A stretch of 64,000 bases of DNA from an uncultured archaeon. Lineage in GTDB: Archaea > Asgardarchaeota > Jordiarchaeia > Jordiarchaeales > Jordiarchaeaceae. The stretch lies in the NCBI GenBank assembly GCA_964510585.1, contig CAZECW010000004.1, positions 3,606-67,605 of the forward strand, in the 5' to 3' direction. Numbering within the stretch: position 1 is the stretch's first letter; every line of letters starts with the position of its first letter. This document shows, in pieces, positions 9,288 to 18,384 of this stretch. The position numbers and the translations under genes are program-made. Under the pieces are notes generated by a model, which was not told the DNA's origin, did not search any database, and was given only the letters and a program-made list of their open reading frames with translations.

Positions 9288-10355
9288 TTAAGTTTCTGGT
9301 GAGAGGATGGTTATTTCTTCGTCTATTTTTATTGCTTGTACTATTTCTCCTTCTTTAAGGTTTGTGTGGGTTTGCTCCCTTTTTATTTCGGTTATTTCGT
9401 ATGTTTTTAGGTCCATTAGTTGGATGGTGTCTTTAGTTTTGGAAATTATGAGGTATTGTTTTGTTTCTGGTTTCCAGCTTTGTATTTCTGATTCCCAGAA
9501 GTCCTTGTACTGTATGATTTGTTTTTCTCCGGTTTTGGGGTTTTTTCCTATTATGTTGCCTTTTTCTATTTTTTCGAATATGAGGGTTTTGTCCATTAAT
9601 TGTATTATCTCGCCTGGCGTGAAGGAGGGGAGTCTCACTGATACTGATGTTGTTCCTTTCTTTTTTCCATCCTTCATTCCGGACAATTTGAACGATTCTT
9701 GGATGTTTGCTCCCATTTGTTCTTTTGTGGATGTGGCAATGTTTTTCGCGAGTCCAGTTGAGCTAACGTAGAGGTCGAAGCCTTCTTTTTTCTCCTTTAT
9801 TTGGGGTATGTACTCGTCTTTGTATCTTTCAGATTCGAGGGCTTTGTCTATTATTTGGTAGATTTGTTGTCTCTCTTCTTCGCTTATTCTGCCTCTTAGC
9901 CCTCTGAACTGGACTATGGCCTCGTAGGCGCCTTGCTTTTTCTTGGTGCAAATGCCGCAGGGTGAAGATTCGAGTTTTATGGTGACTTTGACTGTTTCAC
10001 TGATGGTAGTATCGTTTTTTTTGGCGGTTATTAGAATTGGAACATCGATTTTTCCTGTTAATTCCACTTCTTCTGCTATTTGGGGTTGTATAATTATTTC
10101 AAATTCTGGTGAGTGTTTTATGAAACGCGGTGAGTTCTGCTCTATTACTATCTCTAAGAATTCATTCGGGTTAAAGCTATTGGTTTGCACCCACTTTTTG
10201 GAAAGCTTGTAACTGTAACAGTGTGGGCAAATTCTCACTTCAAACTCATGTTTAACAGTGAATGGGGGATTCTTCTTGAGGTAACATGATTCACAGAGGT
10301 TTTCAATCAGAGGGGCATCTGTTTTTCCACATAGCGCACAGAATCTTTTTGTCAT
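9288..10355 (-). CDS. nmd3: NMD3-family 60S ribosomal export/biogenesis protein homolog.
   Basis: N-terminal CxxC…CxxC…CPHC zinc-finger cluster (FCALCGK…CESCY…CPHCYSY) and about 355 aa, matching archaeal Nmd3. The 3' half of the gene has sharply A/C-biased codons. Confidence 0.7.
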   Translation of the reverse strand: MTKRFCALCGKTDAPLIENLCESCYLKKNPPFTVKHEFEVRICPHCYSYKLSKKWVQTNSFNPNEFLEIVIEQNSPRFIKHSPEFEIIIQPQIAEEVELTGKIDVPILITAKKNDTTISETVKVTIKLESSPCGICTKKKQGAYEAIVQFRGLRGRISEEERQQIYQIIDKALESERYKDEYIPQIKEKKEGFDLYVSSTGLAKNIATSTKEQMGANIQESFKLSGMKDGKKKGTTSVSVRLPSFTPGEIIQLMDKTLIFEKIEKGNIIGKNPKTGEKQIIQYKDFWESEIQSWKPETKQYLIISKTKDTIQLMDLKTYEITEIKREQTHTNLKEGEIVQAIKIDEEITILSPET

Positions 10356-10382
10356 TTACATGTTACCTCATAAAGTATGAAT

Positions 10383-10700
10383 CTACATAATTACTTTTTG
10401 TGCGTGGGCTACGCCTTCAATTTTTATGATTCCTTGGGGGGGTATTAGTCCCTCAATTATGGCTTGGGAAACAATGTTGTTGCCAACTATGTTTATTATG
10501 GTTCCCTGTTTGATTGCTGCTATGCCCTCCTCTATTGAGACCAGCTCACCACAATAAAATTCCTTTTTCACCTCTATTTTGAGCTTGCCTTCTCTAAAGG
10601 TTTTTCCCAATATATCCTCGTCGCAAACAGCAACCATAATTTCATTATTTACTCTCCTTATATGAAGGTAGACTCGCATCTTAAAGCTCTCCTTACTCAT
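10383..10700 (-). CDS. DUF424-family small protein, conserved downstream of aIF-2beta in archaea.
   Basis: About 105 aa from the internal ATG (MSKESFKMRVYLHIRRV…). The longer ORF would overlap the aIF-2beta gene. Confidence 0.5.
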   Translation of the reverse strand: MSKESFKMRVYLHIRRVNNEIMVAVCDEDILGKTFREGKLKIEVKKEFYCGELVSIEEGIAAIKQGTIINIVGNNIVSQAIIEGLIPPQGIIKIEGVAHAQKVIM

Positions 10701-10725
10701 TATGGTAGGTGGCTTTAAAGCAACT

Positions 10726-11136
10726 CTATTGTATGGTTTTGATTGATGCTCTTGCTCCGCAGGCTTCACACACAAGGAAGTGGAATCTATCCTGTTTTTC
10801 AATGTGGGTGTCTGGCTTTCCACACTCGGAACAGAGAACGTAGGTGTGGGTGTATCTGGATATTAGTTCATCAAGAGCCTTGTTTGTAAACTTTCCCTGG
10901 AAAATCGCTCTCTGCCCTTCTATAATACCTGCGGTTGCCAACTCCCGCATAAGATACTTCATTAAGTGCTGAGGGTCTCTATTCAGAGCCGAAGCTATAT
11001 CTCTAAAGTTTCTAACAATTGTCCTGTTTCCCTCAACAAAAATTACTGATTTGGGGATCTCAAATCTTTTGCGTTCAAAAACTTCAGGGGGTAACTGTTG
11101 ACGTGCTCTATCTAATAGACGCTCATAGTTTTCCAT
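10726..11136 (-). CDS. eif2b: Translation initiation factor aIF-2 beta subunit.
   Basis: 136 aa. Conserved core, plus a C-terminal C4 zinc ribbon CSECGKPDT…CEACG. Confidence 0.85.
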   Translation of the reverse strand: MENYERLLDRARQQLPPEVFERKRFEIPKSVIFVEGNRTIVRNFRDIASALNRDPQHLMKYLMRELATAGIIEGQRAIFQGKFTNKALDELISRYTHTYVLCSECGKPDTHIEKQDRFHFLVCEACGARASIKTIQ

Positions 11137-11156
11137 TACACAACCACCTCGAGTTT

Positions 11157-11828
11157 TTAGAGTTTCCTGTAAGTCTGAGGCCTAGGCTCATAAATTGTTC
11201 CATCAGACAACAACTCTGTGAGGCCGGACTCTAATTCTTTAAGTGATAATCCAGTTTCCTTCTTTATGACTTGGAAATCCACTCCTTCACCTTCGTCAAA
11301 TTTTTCGATAACTTCCATAATGCGGGTAATCTTACTGGCCAAGTCTTCTTCAGGTACAGTTTTATCTTCTTCAGATACTCCAATTTCTTCTTTTAGAGTA
11401 CTAGTCTCACCTATAGGTTTTAACACCATTAACTCCAATTCTCTAACAATTTCCCAATTGGGATCATCAACATTTATAACAAGTTCTGGGACTAAATAAA
11501 CCTCGCCCCGATACTCTTTAACCTTACCGATAATGTCTACTATATCACCAATCTGAACCTTATTAATAGGGGAATTCTGATTCTTCCAGAACTTAGCCCT
11601 AATTGTTTCGGTACCGTCATCAATGGTAATGCTACCAAAGTCTGATTGAGAGCTGATAAACTTGTCGACCACAGTTCCCATAACCCTAGCCCTCTGAATC
11701 TCTAATCCTGAACCAGTAACAATAAACCGCCCATTAGGTTTTTCCACCCACTTACCATTAACCAGATCCGAAATGTGTACCTTATACGCGGTGGCCCTCT
11801 TTTTAATGATTCTACTCAACTCCATCAC
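11157..11828 (-). CDS. OB-fold nucleic-acid-binding protein with a C-terminal winged-helix domain (RPA32-like).
   Basis: Central OB-fold-like region (GRFIVTGSG…VDDGTETIRAKFW…GDIVDIIGKVKEYRGEVYL), an acidic linker, then a wH-like tail (VDFQVIKKETGLSLKELESGLTELLSDGTIYE). Confidence 0.45.
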   Translation of the reverse strand: MMELSRIIKKRATAYKVHISDLVNGKWVEKPNGRFIVTGSGLEIQRARVMGTVVDKFISSQSDFGSITIDDGTETIRAKFWKNQNSPINKVQIGDIVDIIGKVKEYRGEVYLVPELVINVDDPNWEIVRELELMVLKPIGETSTLKEEIGVSEEDKTVPEEDLASKITRIMEVIEKFDEGEGVDFQVIKKETGLSLKELESGLTELLSDGTIYEPRPQTYRKL

Positions 11829-11927
11829 TCTGAAAATTCCTTACAGTTTAACATCTTTATTCTACACATTCCAGAACGATTTCCAATAAGCATTAATTTG
11901 GAATCTTAGGGGGTGGATTTTGAACGT

Positions 11928-12788
11928 TCAAAAAAACTGAACGCCATAAATTTTTTCTGGAAGTTCCTTGTTAACTTTCCAAAGTCTATCCTTTAAATCT
12001 TCTTGCTCTCTTAATTGATTTACCAACTTGGGTACAGATTTTGGTCCCAGCACCGCCCCCGGCCTCTTGGGATCATCAAGGTAATCAGTTTCGAGGAGGA
12101 AGCGGTCTCCCTCCTTAAACGCAGCTTCAACATTTTTCCTAGATGCAATTAGGGAGGGAAAAATTTTTTCGCGTTCACAGATTCTAATTAATGGTGGACA
12201 AAAATGCTTTATTACCCTACAGGGGCTCAAGTTAGATTTTCGTACCATGCCAGATAATTCAATTATTTCTTTTTCCCCTACACTTTCTGTATGAAGCTGT
12301 ACCGCGCATCCACAATCCCTAGCCCTTCCAAGAGCGTAAAGTAATATTTCATTTGAGATTTCCCAAATTTCGGGACTTACCTGATAGTGAGGCCGCCCCA
12401 CCTCCCCAATGGCTATCGCTCTCCCCTCCTCAATCCATTTTACCGCTATGTCCAAACCAGCACATATAAGCTCCTTGGCTTTTCTTATTTCCATTCCTCT
12501 ATCTAACATCTGAGTTAGTTCAGCTGGGTGAACCCCTATGACACCATAGGCATAAATATTGAGAGACCTAATTTTTTCCACACAATCAGAAACATAACTG
12601 TAACAGGTTTCATAATCTGAAGCCTTTGAAACAGTTACACCATAGCTCCACGAGGGCAGACAAACTATAATTAGGGCTGTACCCCCAGCTCTCTTGAATT
12701 CTTTTCCAATGTTCACAGGTCCAAGACCTTTAACTGGATTAATGTGCATATGGTTATCCGTGGCGGGAAAACTTTGCATATTCATCAC
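11928..12788 (-). CDS. TatD-like metal-dependent hydrolase (TIM-barrel amidohydrolase superfamily).
   Basis: N-terminal DNHMHINP metal-binding motif. Length of 286 aa. Confidence 0.45.
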   Translation of the reverse strand: MMNMQSFPATDNHMHINPVKGLGPVNIGKEFKRAGGTALIIVCLPSWSYGVTVSKASDYETCYSYVSDCVEKIRSLNIYAYGVIGVHPAELTQMLDRGMEIRKAKELICAGLDIAVKWIEEGRAIAIGEVGRPHYQVSPEIWEISNEILLYALGRARDCGCAVQLHTESVGEKEIIELSGMVRKSNLSPCRVIKHFCPPLIRICEREKIFPSLIASRKNVEAAFKEGDRFLLETDYLDDPKRPGAVLGPKSVPKLVNQLREQEDLKDRLWKVNKELPEKIYGVQFF

Positions 12789-13021
12789 ACACGCAGCTAT
12801 TCAAATTCTCTTGAAAATAGTAGCGCGAGAAAATTTAATATTTGTTATTTATCAGCATTTTTTACCAAACGTTTAAAACAGCCCTGTATCATCGTTCTGA
12901 TAACGAGAACACGATTCCGAAGACATTTTTACATATGGGAATGTTTGTTCCAAAAGGTTCTTAAGAAAAAGTATTGTTGCTACCTAAAACAAGGTTACTT
13001 ATTTGTTCGAGGTGGTAGAGT

Positions 13022-15031
13022 TTGAGTAGGATGCTGATTACTTCCGCGTTGCCCTACGCTAATGGTGACCTTCACATAGGACATGTTTCCAGCACATATA
13101 TTCCCGCTGACGTCTATGCGAGATTTTGCAGATTAAAAAAACACGACGTGGTTTTTGTATGTGGAAGCGACGACCACGGGACACCAATTTCAGTTGCAGC
13201 ACGCGAAGCAGGACGCACCCCCCTCGAACATGTGGATTATTATCGCGAAAGACAACTAAATGATCTTAAAGCATTAAACATAAGTTTTGATAACTATTAT
13301 AAAACTCACAGCGAAGAAAACCGAGAAATAACAGAATACTTTCTCCTAAAACTGAGGGAAAAAGGCTACATCTACCAGAAAGAAGTGAACGAGTTCTACT
13401 GCGAGAAGGACAAAACCTACCTTCCCGATAGAATGATAAAAGGCACCTGCCCCCACTGCGGAGCAGAAGACCAGTACAGTGATGCATGCGAAGTTTGTGG
13501 AAGAACAATTGAACCAGGAGAAATACTTAAGCCCTACTGCATTCTATGCGGCAATCCTCCAGTAACCAAAAGGGAGAAACACTTCATATTCAAGCTCAGC
13601 GTATTTTCCGAGAGATTATACCAATGGTTAACATCGGACAAAACAGGTAAAAACTTTCCTAGAGATGTTGTAAACTACGTACTTCAATGGATAAAATCGG
13701 GACTCCAAGACTGGGACATCACCCGAGAGGACTACTGGGGATTCAAACTACCATACCCTGATGCAAAGGAAAACCAATACGTGTATGTATGGTTCGATGC
13801 ACCCATAGGGTACATAGCTTCCACAATTAATTGGTGTAGAAAAAATAAAGCAAACTGGGAGGATTACTGGAAGAGGGAAGATAGTTTCATCACTCATTTC
13901 ATTGGTAAGGATATAATATACCACCACTTTCTTTTTTGGCCAGCCATGCTTATGGGAACCGAGGAAATAACGCTCCCCAAAAAATATGTGGTGAACGGAT
14001 ACCTCACCCTCGAAGGTTTAAAGATGAGCAAAAGCCGAAAATGGCTGATTCCCCTAAACTACATTTTGCAAAAATACCCGGCAGATTATGTAAGATTTTA
14101 TCTGGCCTTCAAAGCCGCAAACACCATAAAAGACAATAACTTCAGCTGGGAAGAATTTCAAGAAAGAATAAACGGAGACCTTGTGGACAACATTGGAAAC
14201 TTCATCCATCGAATTCTCCACTTCATCAACAACCGATACGACAGCAAAATACCAGAACCCTCAGATTTCGACGAACAGGACAGAGAATTTATCCAATTAA
14301 TTCAAACCGCCCCCGACGAACTCGCCACATATTATGAAGAATGCGACCTCTCAAAAGCCATCAAAAGAATAATCGAACTCTTCAAATTTGCCAACAGCTA
14401 CTTCTCAGCAAAAGAGCCCTGGAAAACCATAAAGGAAAACCCTAAACAAGCAAAAAATGCACTCTACCTCTGCGCCAACTTCCTCCTCTCATCATCCATA
14501 CTCCTTTATCCAATAATACCCCAATCAGCAGAAAAACTCCAAAAACTACTAAAGATAAAACCTGAAAATTGGGACACCGCAAAAGAGCTCCTACTAAAAC
14601 CCGAACACCAAATCCAGAAAGCAGAACCCCTATTTGAAAAAATTCCAAAAGAAGAAATAATAAAAGAAATAGAAACACTAAAACAACAAACAGAACAAGC
14701 AGGAAAAAAAGTAGAAGTAGACATCAGCGAATTTAACAAGCTAGACATAAGAATAGGAGAAATAATCTCCGCAAAACAACTACAAGGAGACTTAATCCAC
14801 ATAATTGTTAAAACAGAACCCAACAGGCAAGTAAACATAGTAGGCAAACTCGGAGGAAACTACAAACCCCAAGAACTATATGGTAAAAAAGTGACAGTGA
14901 TAACAAATCTGAAACCAAAAAAAGTTCAAGGAATACTATCAGAAGGCATGCTCCTAGCAGCAATAGACGGAGAAAAGATATCACTAATAGTACCAGACAA
15001 GGATATCGAAACGGGAAGCAAGGTTAAATAA
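13022..15031 (+). CDS. metG: Methionyl-tRNA synthetase with a C-terminal EMAP/Trbp111-like tRNA-binding domain.
   Basis: HIGH motif (DLHIGHVSS), KMSKS motif, CPHC…CEVCG zinc knuckle, and a C-terminal OB-fold tRNA-binding domain. Confidence 0.95.
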   Translation: MSRMLITSALPYANGDLHIGHVSSTYIPADVYARFCRLKKHDVVFVCGSDDHGTPISVAAREAGRTPLEHVDYYRERQLNDLKALNISFDNYYKTHSEENREITEYFLLKLREKGYIYQKEVNEFYCEKDKTYLPDRMIKGTCPHCGAEDQYSDACEVCGRTIEPGEILKPYCILCGNPPVTKREKHFIFKLSVFSERLYQWLTSDKTGKNFPRDVVNYVLQWIKSGLQDWDITREDYWGFKLPYPDAKENQYVYVWFDAPIGYIASTINWCRKNKANWEDYWKREDSFITHFIGKDIIYHHFLFWPAMLMGTEEITLPKKYVVNGYLTLEGLKMSKSRKWLIPLNYILQKYPADYVRFYLAFKAANTIKDNNFSWEEFQERINGDLVDNIGNFIHRILHFINNRYDSKIPEPSDFDEQDREFIQLIQTAPDELATYYEECDLSKAIKRIIELFKFANSYFSAKEPWKTIKENPKQAKNALYLCANFLLSSSILLYPIIPQSAEKLQKLLKIKPENWDTAKELLLKPEHQIQKAEPLFEKIPKEEIIKEIETLKQQTEQAGKKVEVDISEFNKLDIRIGEIISAKQLQGDLIHIIVKTEPNRQVNIVGKLGGNYKPQELYGKKVTVITNLKPKKVQGILSEGMLLAAIDGEKISLIVPDKDIETGSKVK

Positions 15032-15324
15032 CCAAAAAACCGAAAAACCAATCCACCTCCAACTATAATCAAAAATTCAAGATTACACCAACTTTCGACA
15101 CAACATCCATGAATAGGAGCTTACCCAGTTTATTCCCAAATCAAAAAACTTTACTTTCAGCAGCTCCTCTCCTCCCAAAGACCCACCTGCTACCTAAAAG
15201 ATAAAACTACTCATCACCCATCATGAAAGTTTTTCATCGTCAAAAAAACACAACCAAAGAATTCGCAAAAGTGAATAAGGAAGGAATGATTTCAAAAACA
15301 AATCGTAATCGAGAATATTGAAAA

Positions 15325-16227
15325 TTATACCCATTCTTGGAAAACAACACTGGAATGGGTATCAATGATATCCTCTATTTCAAAAATTTTCAGTAAAAGC
15401 TGGTTATAATGCCTAATATCCTTAACCCTAACTACAGCCATTAAGCCATACTCCTCGCCAGTCCGATAAATGCTACGCACCTCATCAAACTCGCACAATT
15501 TTTTAGCCACGGAAAGATAGGCTCTGGGATCTACACTAATTTCTAAATAGAACTTTGCATCCAAACCAATGGCAGAAAAGTCCACTTTTGCGGTATGACC
15601 AATAATTACATCTTCACTTCGAAGTTTGGAAATTTTCCTAGAAACTACGGATTGCGAAACACCCAGCCTCCTAGCCAACTCTGTTTGAGAATAAGGCATA
15701 GGACTGGTCTGCTGTCTAAGGAGGCTAAGCAGCTTCCAATCAAAATCAGAAACAGGGTAATAATCGATTTTCGAGTCGGGAACAACAAATCCAGACTCTT
15801 TAAACGTGGTCAAAATCTCCACTAAACGATACTTCTTAAACCTTGAAACCACCATCAAGCGATCAAGCCCAGAAAGAAATGAAGAAAAATCCGAAGGAAA
15901 CCTGAACCGGTACAAACCCAAAAGAGAAAACTCCCCCGAAATTCCATCCAACACTTGAATCTGAGGAAGACCTAACAGGCCCCTAACCACATCATACTCG
16001 TGAGGATTCGTCTTAACAAAAAGAAAAATACTACGATCAAATAATATCTTCAAGGGATTCAAAATAACAGAATACCCCCTCAAAACTCCCCTCTCAAACA
16101 ACCCATTAATCACCCTAGCAACATAATTTCGGCTTTTCCCCAGCCTCTCCGCCAAATTCTTCACACCGAGAGAAGAATCCTTCAACAAAAGATTCAAAAC
16201 CGCCTCTTCCAAAGCATCTAACCGCAT
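15325..16227 (-). CDS. Lrp/AsnC-family transcriptional regulator with duplicated HTH+RAM modules.
   Basis: Two repeats of an HTH segment (NLAERLGKSRNYVARVI; ELARRLGVSQSVVSRKI), each followed by an alpha/beta RAM-like segment. The start is taken at the internal ATG (MRLDALEEAV). Confidence 0.5.
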   Translation of the reverse strand: MRLDALEEAVLNLLLKDSSLGVKNLAERLGKSRNYVARVINGLFERGVLRGYSVILNPLKILFDRSIFLFVKTNPHEYDVVRGLLGLPQIQVLDGISGEFSLLGLYRFRFPSDFSSFLSGLDRLMVVSRFKKYRLVEILTTFKESGFVVPDSKIDYYPVSDFDWKLLSLLRQQTSPMPYSQTELARRLGVSQSVVSRKISKLRSEDVIIGHTAKVDFSAIGLDAKFYLEISVDPRAYLSVAKKLCEFDEVRSIYRTGEEYGLMAVVRVKDIRHYNQLLLKIFEIEDIIDTHSSVVFQEWV

Positions 16228-16344
16228 AAAAACCACACAAAACAAGCCGATTTAAAAGCAAATTATGACAAACAATATATATAAACTTTATAAGTTTACC
16301 CCACAAGAAGAAAAACAAAAACACCACAATGGGAGAAAAAAATT

Positions 16345-17715
16345 ATGGCACAAACACAAAAAGGAGATAAGTACGAAGTCAAAGACCTAAAACTAGCACC
16401 AGGCGGACGAGCAACAATCGAATGGGCAGAATCAAGAATGCCCGTACTTATGCAAATAAGAAAAAGATTCCAAAAAGAAAAACCACTCAAAAACACCATA
16501 GTAGGAGCATGCCTCCACGTAACAAAAGAAACAGCGGTACTTGCAAAAACTCTAAAAGCTGGAGGAGCAGAAGTCTACCTTTGCGCCTCAAATCCCCTAT
16601 CAACACAAGACCATGTAGCCGCGGCACTAGTAGAAGAAGGAATAAACACATTCGCTTGGAAAGGCATGGACTACGAAGGCTACTACCGAGCAATAGCCAA
16701 CGTTATTAAAGGAGAACCGAACATCACACTAGACGACGGCGCCGACCTAGTATCAACCCTAATCAAGCTAAAAAGAGGAGAAACTGGCGAGGAAATCAAA
16801 ATAGTCAAGAAAATTCTCGGAAGCCGTACAGACTGGGCGGACAAAGTATGGGCCGGAGCCGAAGAGACCACAACCGGCGTAATCCGCCTCAGAGCCATGG
16901 CAAAAGATAACGTGCTATTATACCCAATTATAGCTACAAATGATACCCCCACGAAATGGGAAACATAAACACCACCCGTGTTTAAGCCCAAATTTGACAA
17001 CTTGTGGGGAACTGGACAAAGCACCATAGACGGTATACTAAGAGCAACAGCAGACCTCATCGCGGGCAAAATTTTTGTAGTTGCAGGATACGGTCACTGC
17101 GGTAGGGGTGTAGCGCTAAGAGCAAAGGGACTAGGAGCGAGAAGAGTCATCATCTGTGAAATAAATCCCCACCGAGCACTAACAGCCGCCTTAGAGGGCA
17201 TGGAAGTAATGCCCATGAGCGAAGCCGCTGAGGTAGGAGACATTTTCGTAACCGCCACGGGATGCAAGAATGTTATAAATGCTGAACATATGAAAAAGAT
17301 GAAAAACGGGGCAGTAATGTGTAACACAGGCCACTTTAATGTGGAAATAAATATACCTGATTTGGAAAAAATAAGCGTCAGCAAGAGAGAAATAAGACCA
17401 CTAGTCGATGAGTACACACTGGAAGATGGAAGAAAAATCTATCTGCTCGCCCAAGGCAGGCTCGTGAATCTTGCATGTGCCGAAGGACACCCAAGCGAAG
17501 TTATGGACATGAGCTTTTCGGATCAGGCTTTGGCTGTGGAGTGGATTGTTAAGAATAAGGATAAGCTGTCTGGGATGGGTAGTGTGGTTTTGGATATTCC
17601 TGAGGAGATTGATAGGACTGTTGCAGAGTTGAAGTGTAAGGCTATGGGTCTTAGATTGGATGTTTTGACCCCAGAACAGGAAGCGTATTTGTCAGGTTGG
17701 GCTGAAGGAACCTAG
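16345..17715 (+). CDS. ahcY: Adenosylhomocysteinase (S-adenosyl-L-homocysteine hydrolase), interrupted by an in-frame TAA at 16966-16968 inside a 30-nt insertion.
   Basis: Colinear with SAHH throughout: EETTTGV, the NAD-binding [18 protein letters not shown]. Where archaeal enzymes read TKYLFDN, this sequence reads [16 protein letters not shown]. Both halves are in the same frame. Confidence 0.85.
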
Positions 17716-17864
17716 TTCTTACTTTCCTATTTTTATTTTTGTTTGTGTTTTTGGTGGCTTTTTGTGGGTCTTTGGCTTTTTGGTTTTTTGTTATTGCGGA
17801 GTTCAGTCTTTATTGGGGCTTTTTTCTCTTTAAAATTGATAAAGAAGCTCTAGTTGGCTTGCCT

Positions 17865-18191
17865 TTAAAGTAGGAATAGAAGTGTTATTGGGGTAGGGTT
17901 CTGGGTTAGCCATTGGTTTACTAGCTGGTGTAGGTAGATTCCTATGTATTGGGTTACTCCGCCCGAAATTTCGATGATTATGGGGATAATAAGGTGCCAC
18001 TTGGAGGAAACTCCTATTAGGAGGAGGCTTATCATTATTCCTACTAGGTAGGAGAGACGGTGGTGTGAGATGGTGAGCAGTGCTAGGTTCAGGACGAGCA
18101 TACCTACTCCAATCATTAGTAGTATGCCAAAAATTGTGTTGAGCAGATTATAGGTCAGAGGGTTGGTAAGAAGCCAGTAAACATCTATCAT
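17865..18191 (-). CDS. Small hydrophobic membrane protein, hypothetical.
   Basis: 108 aa with 3 predicted TM helices. No recognisable motif. Confidence 0.3.
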   Translation of the reverse strand: MIDVYWLLTNPLTYNLLNTIFGILLMIGVGMLVLNLALLTISHHRLSYLVGIMISLLLIGVSSKWHLIIPIIIEISGGVTQYIGIYLHQLVNQWLTQNPTPITLLFLL

Positions 18192-18384
18192 GGGGATCCT
18201 CTCTATTGTATTTTTGTGAAGGAAAGGATATGAACCCCGCGAAAATTAAAAGGCTTGGTTTCATTTTTTGGGGATGTAGGAAAGTTTTAATTACGTTTTT
18301 ATGATTAGGTTCTGCAGATATTTATTTGGCAGTTGATTGTTGATGTTTGTGGTTGGATGTTGATGATAATTGGAGGAGAATCTG

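Noticed and set aside
10383-10823. 146-aa version of the DUF424 ORF overlapping aIF-2beta by about 100 nt.
   Set aside because: The extended N-terminus overlaps the upstream gene in another frame. The internal ATG at 10700 gives the conserved size of about 105 aa.
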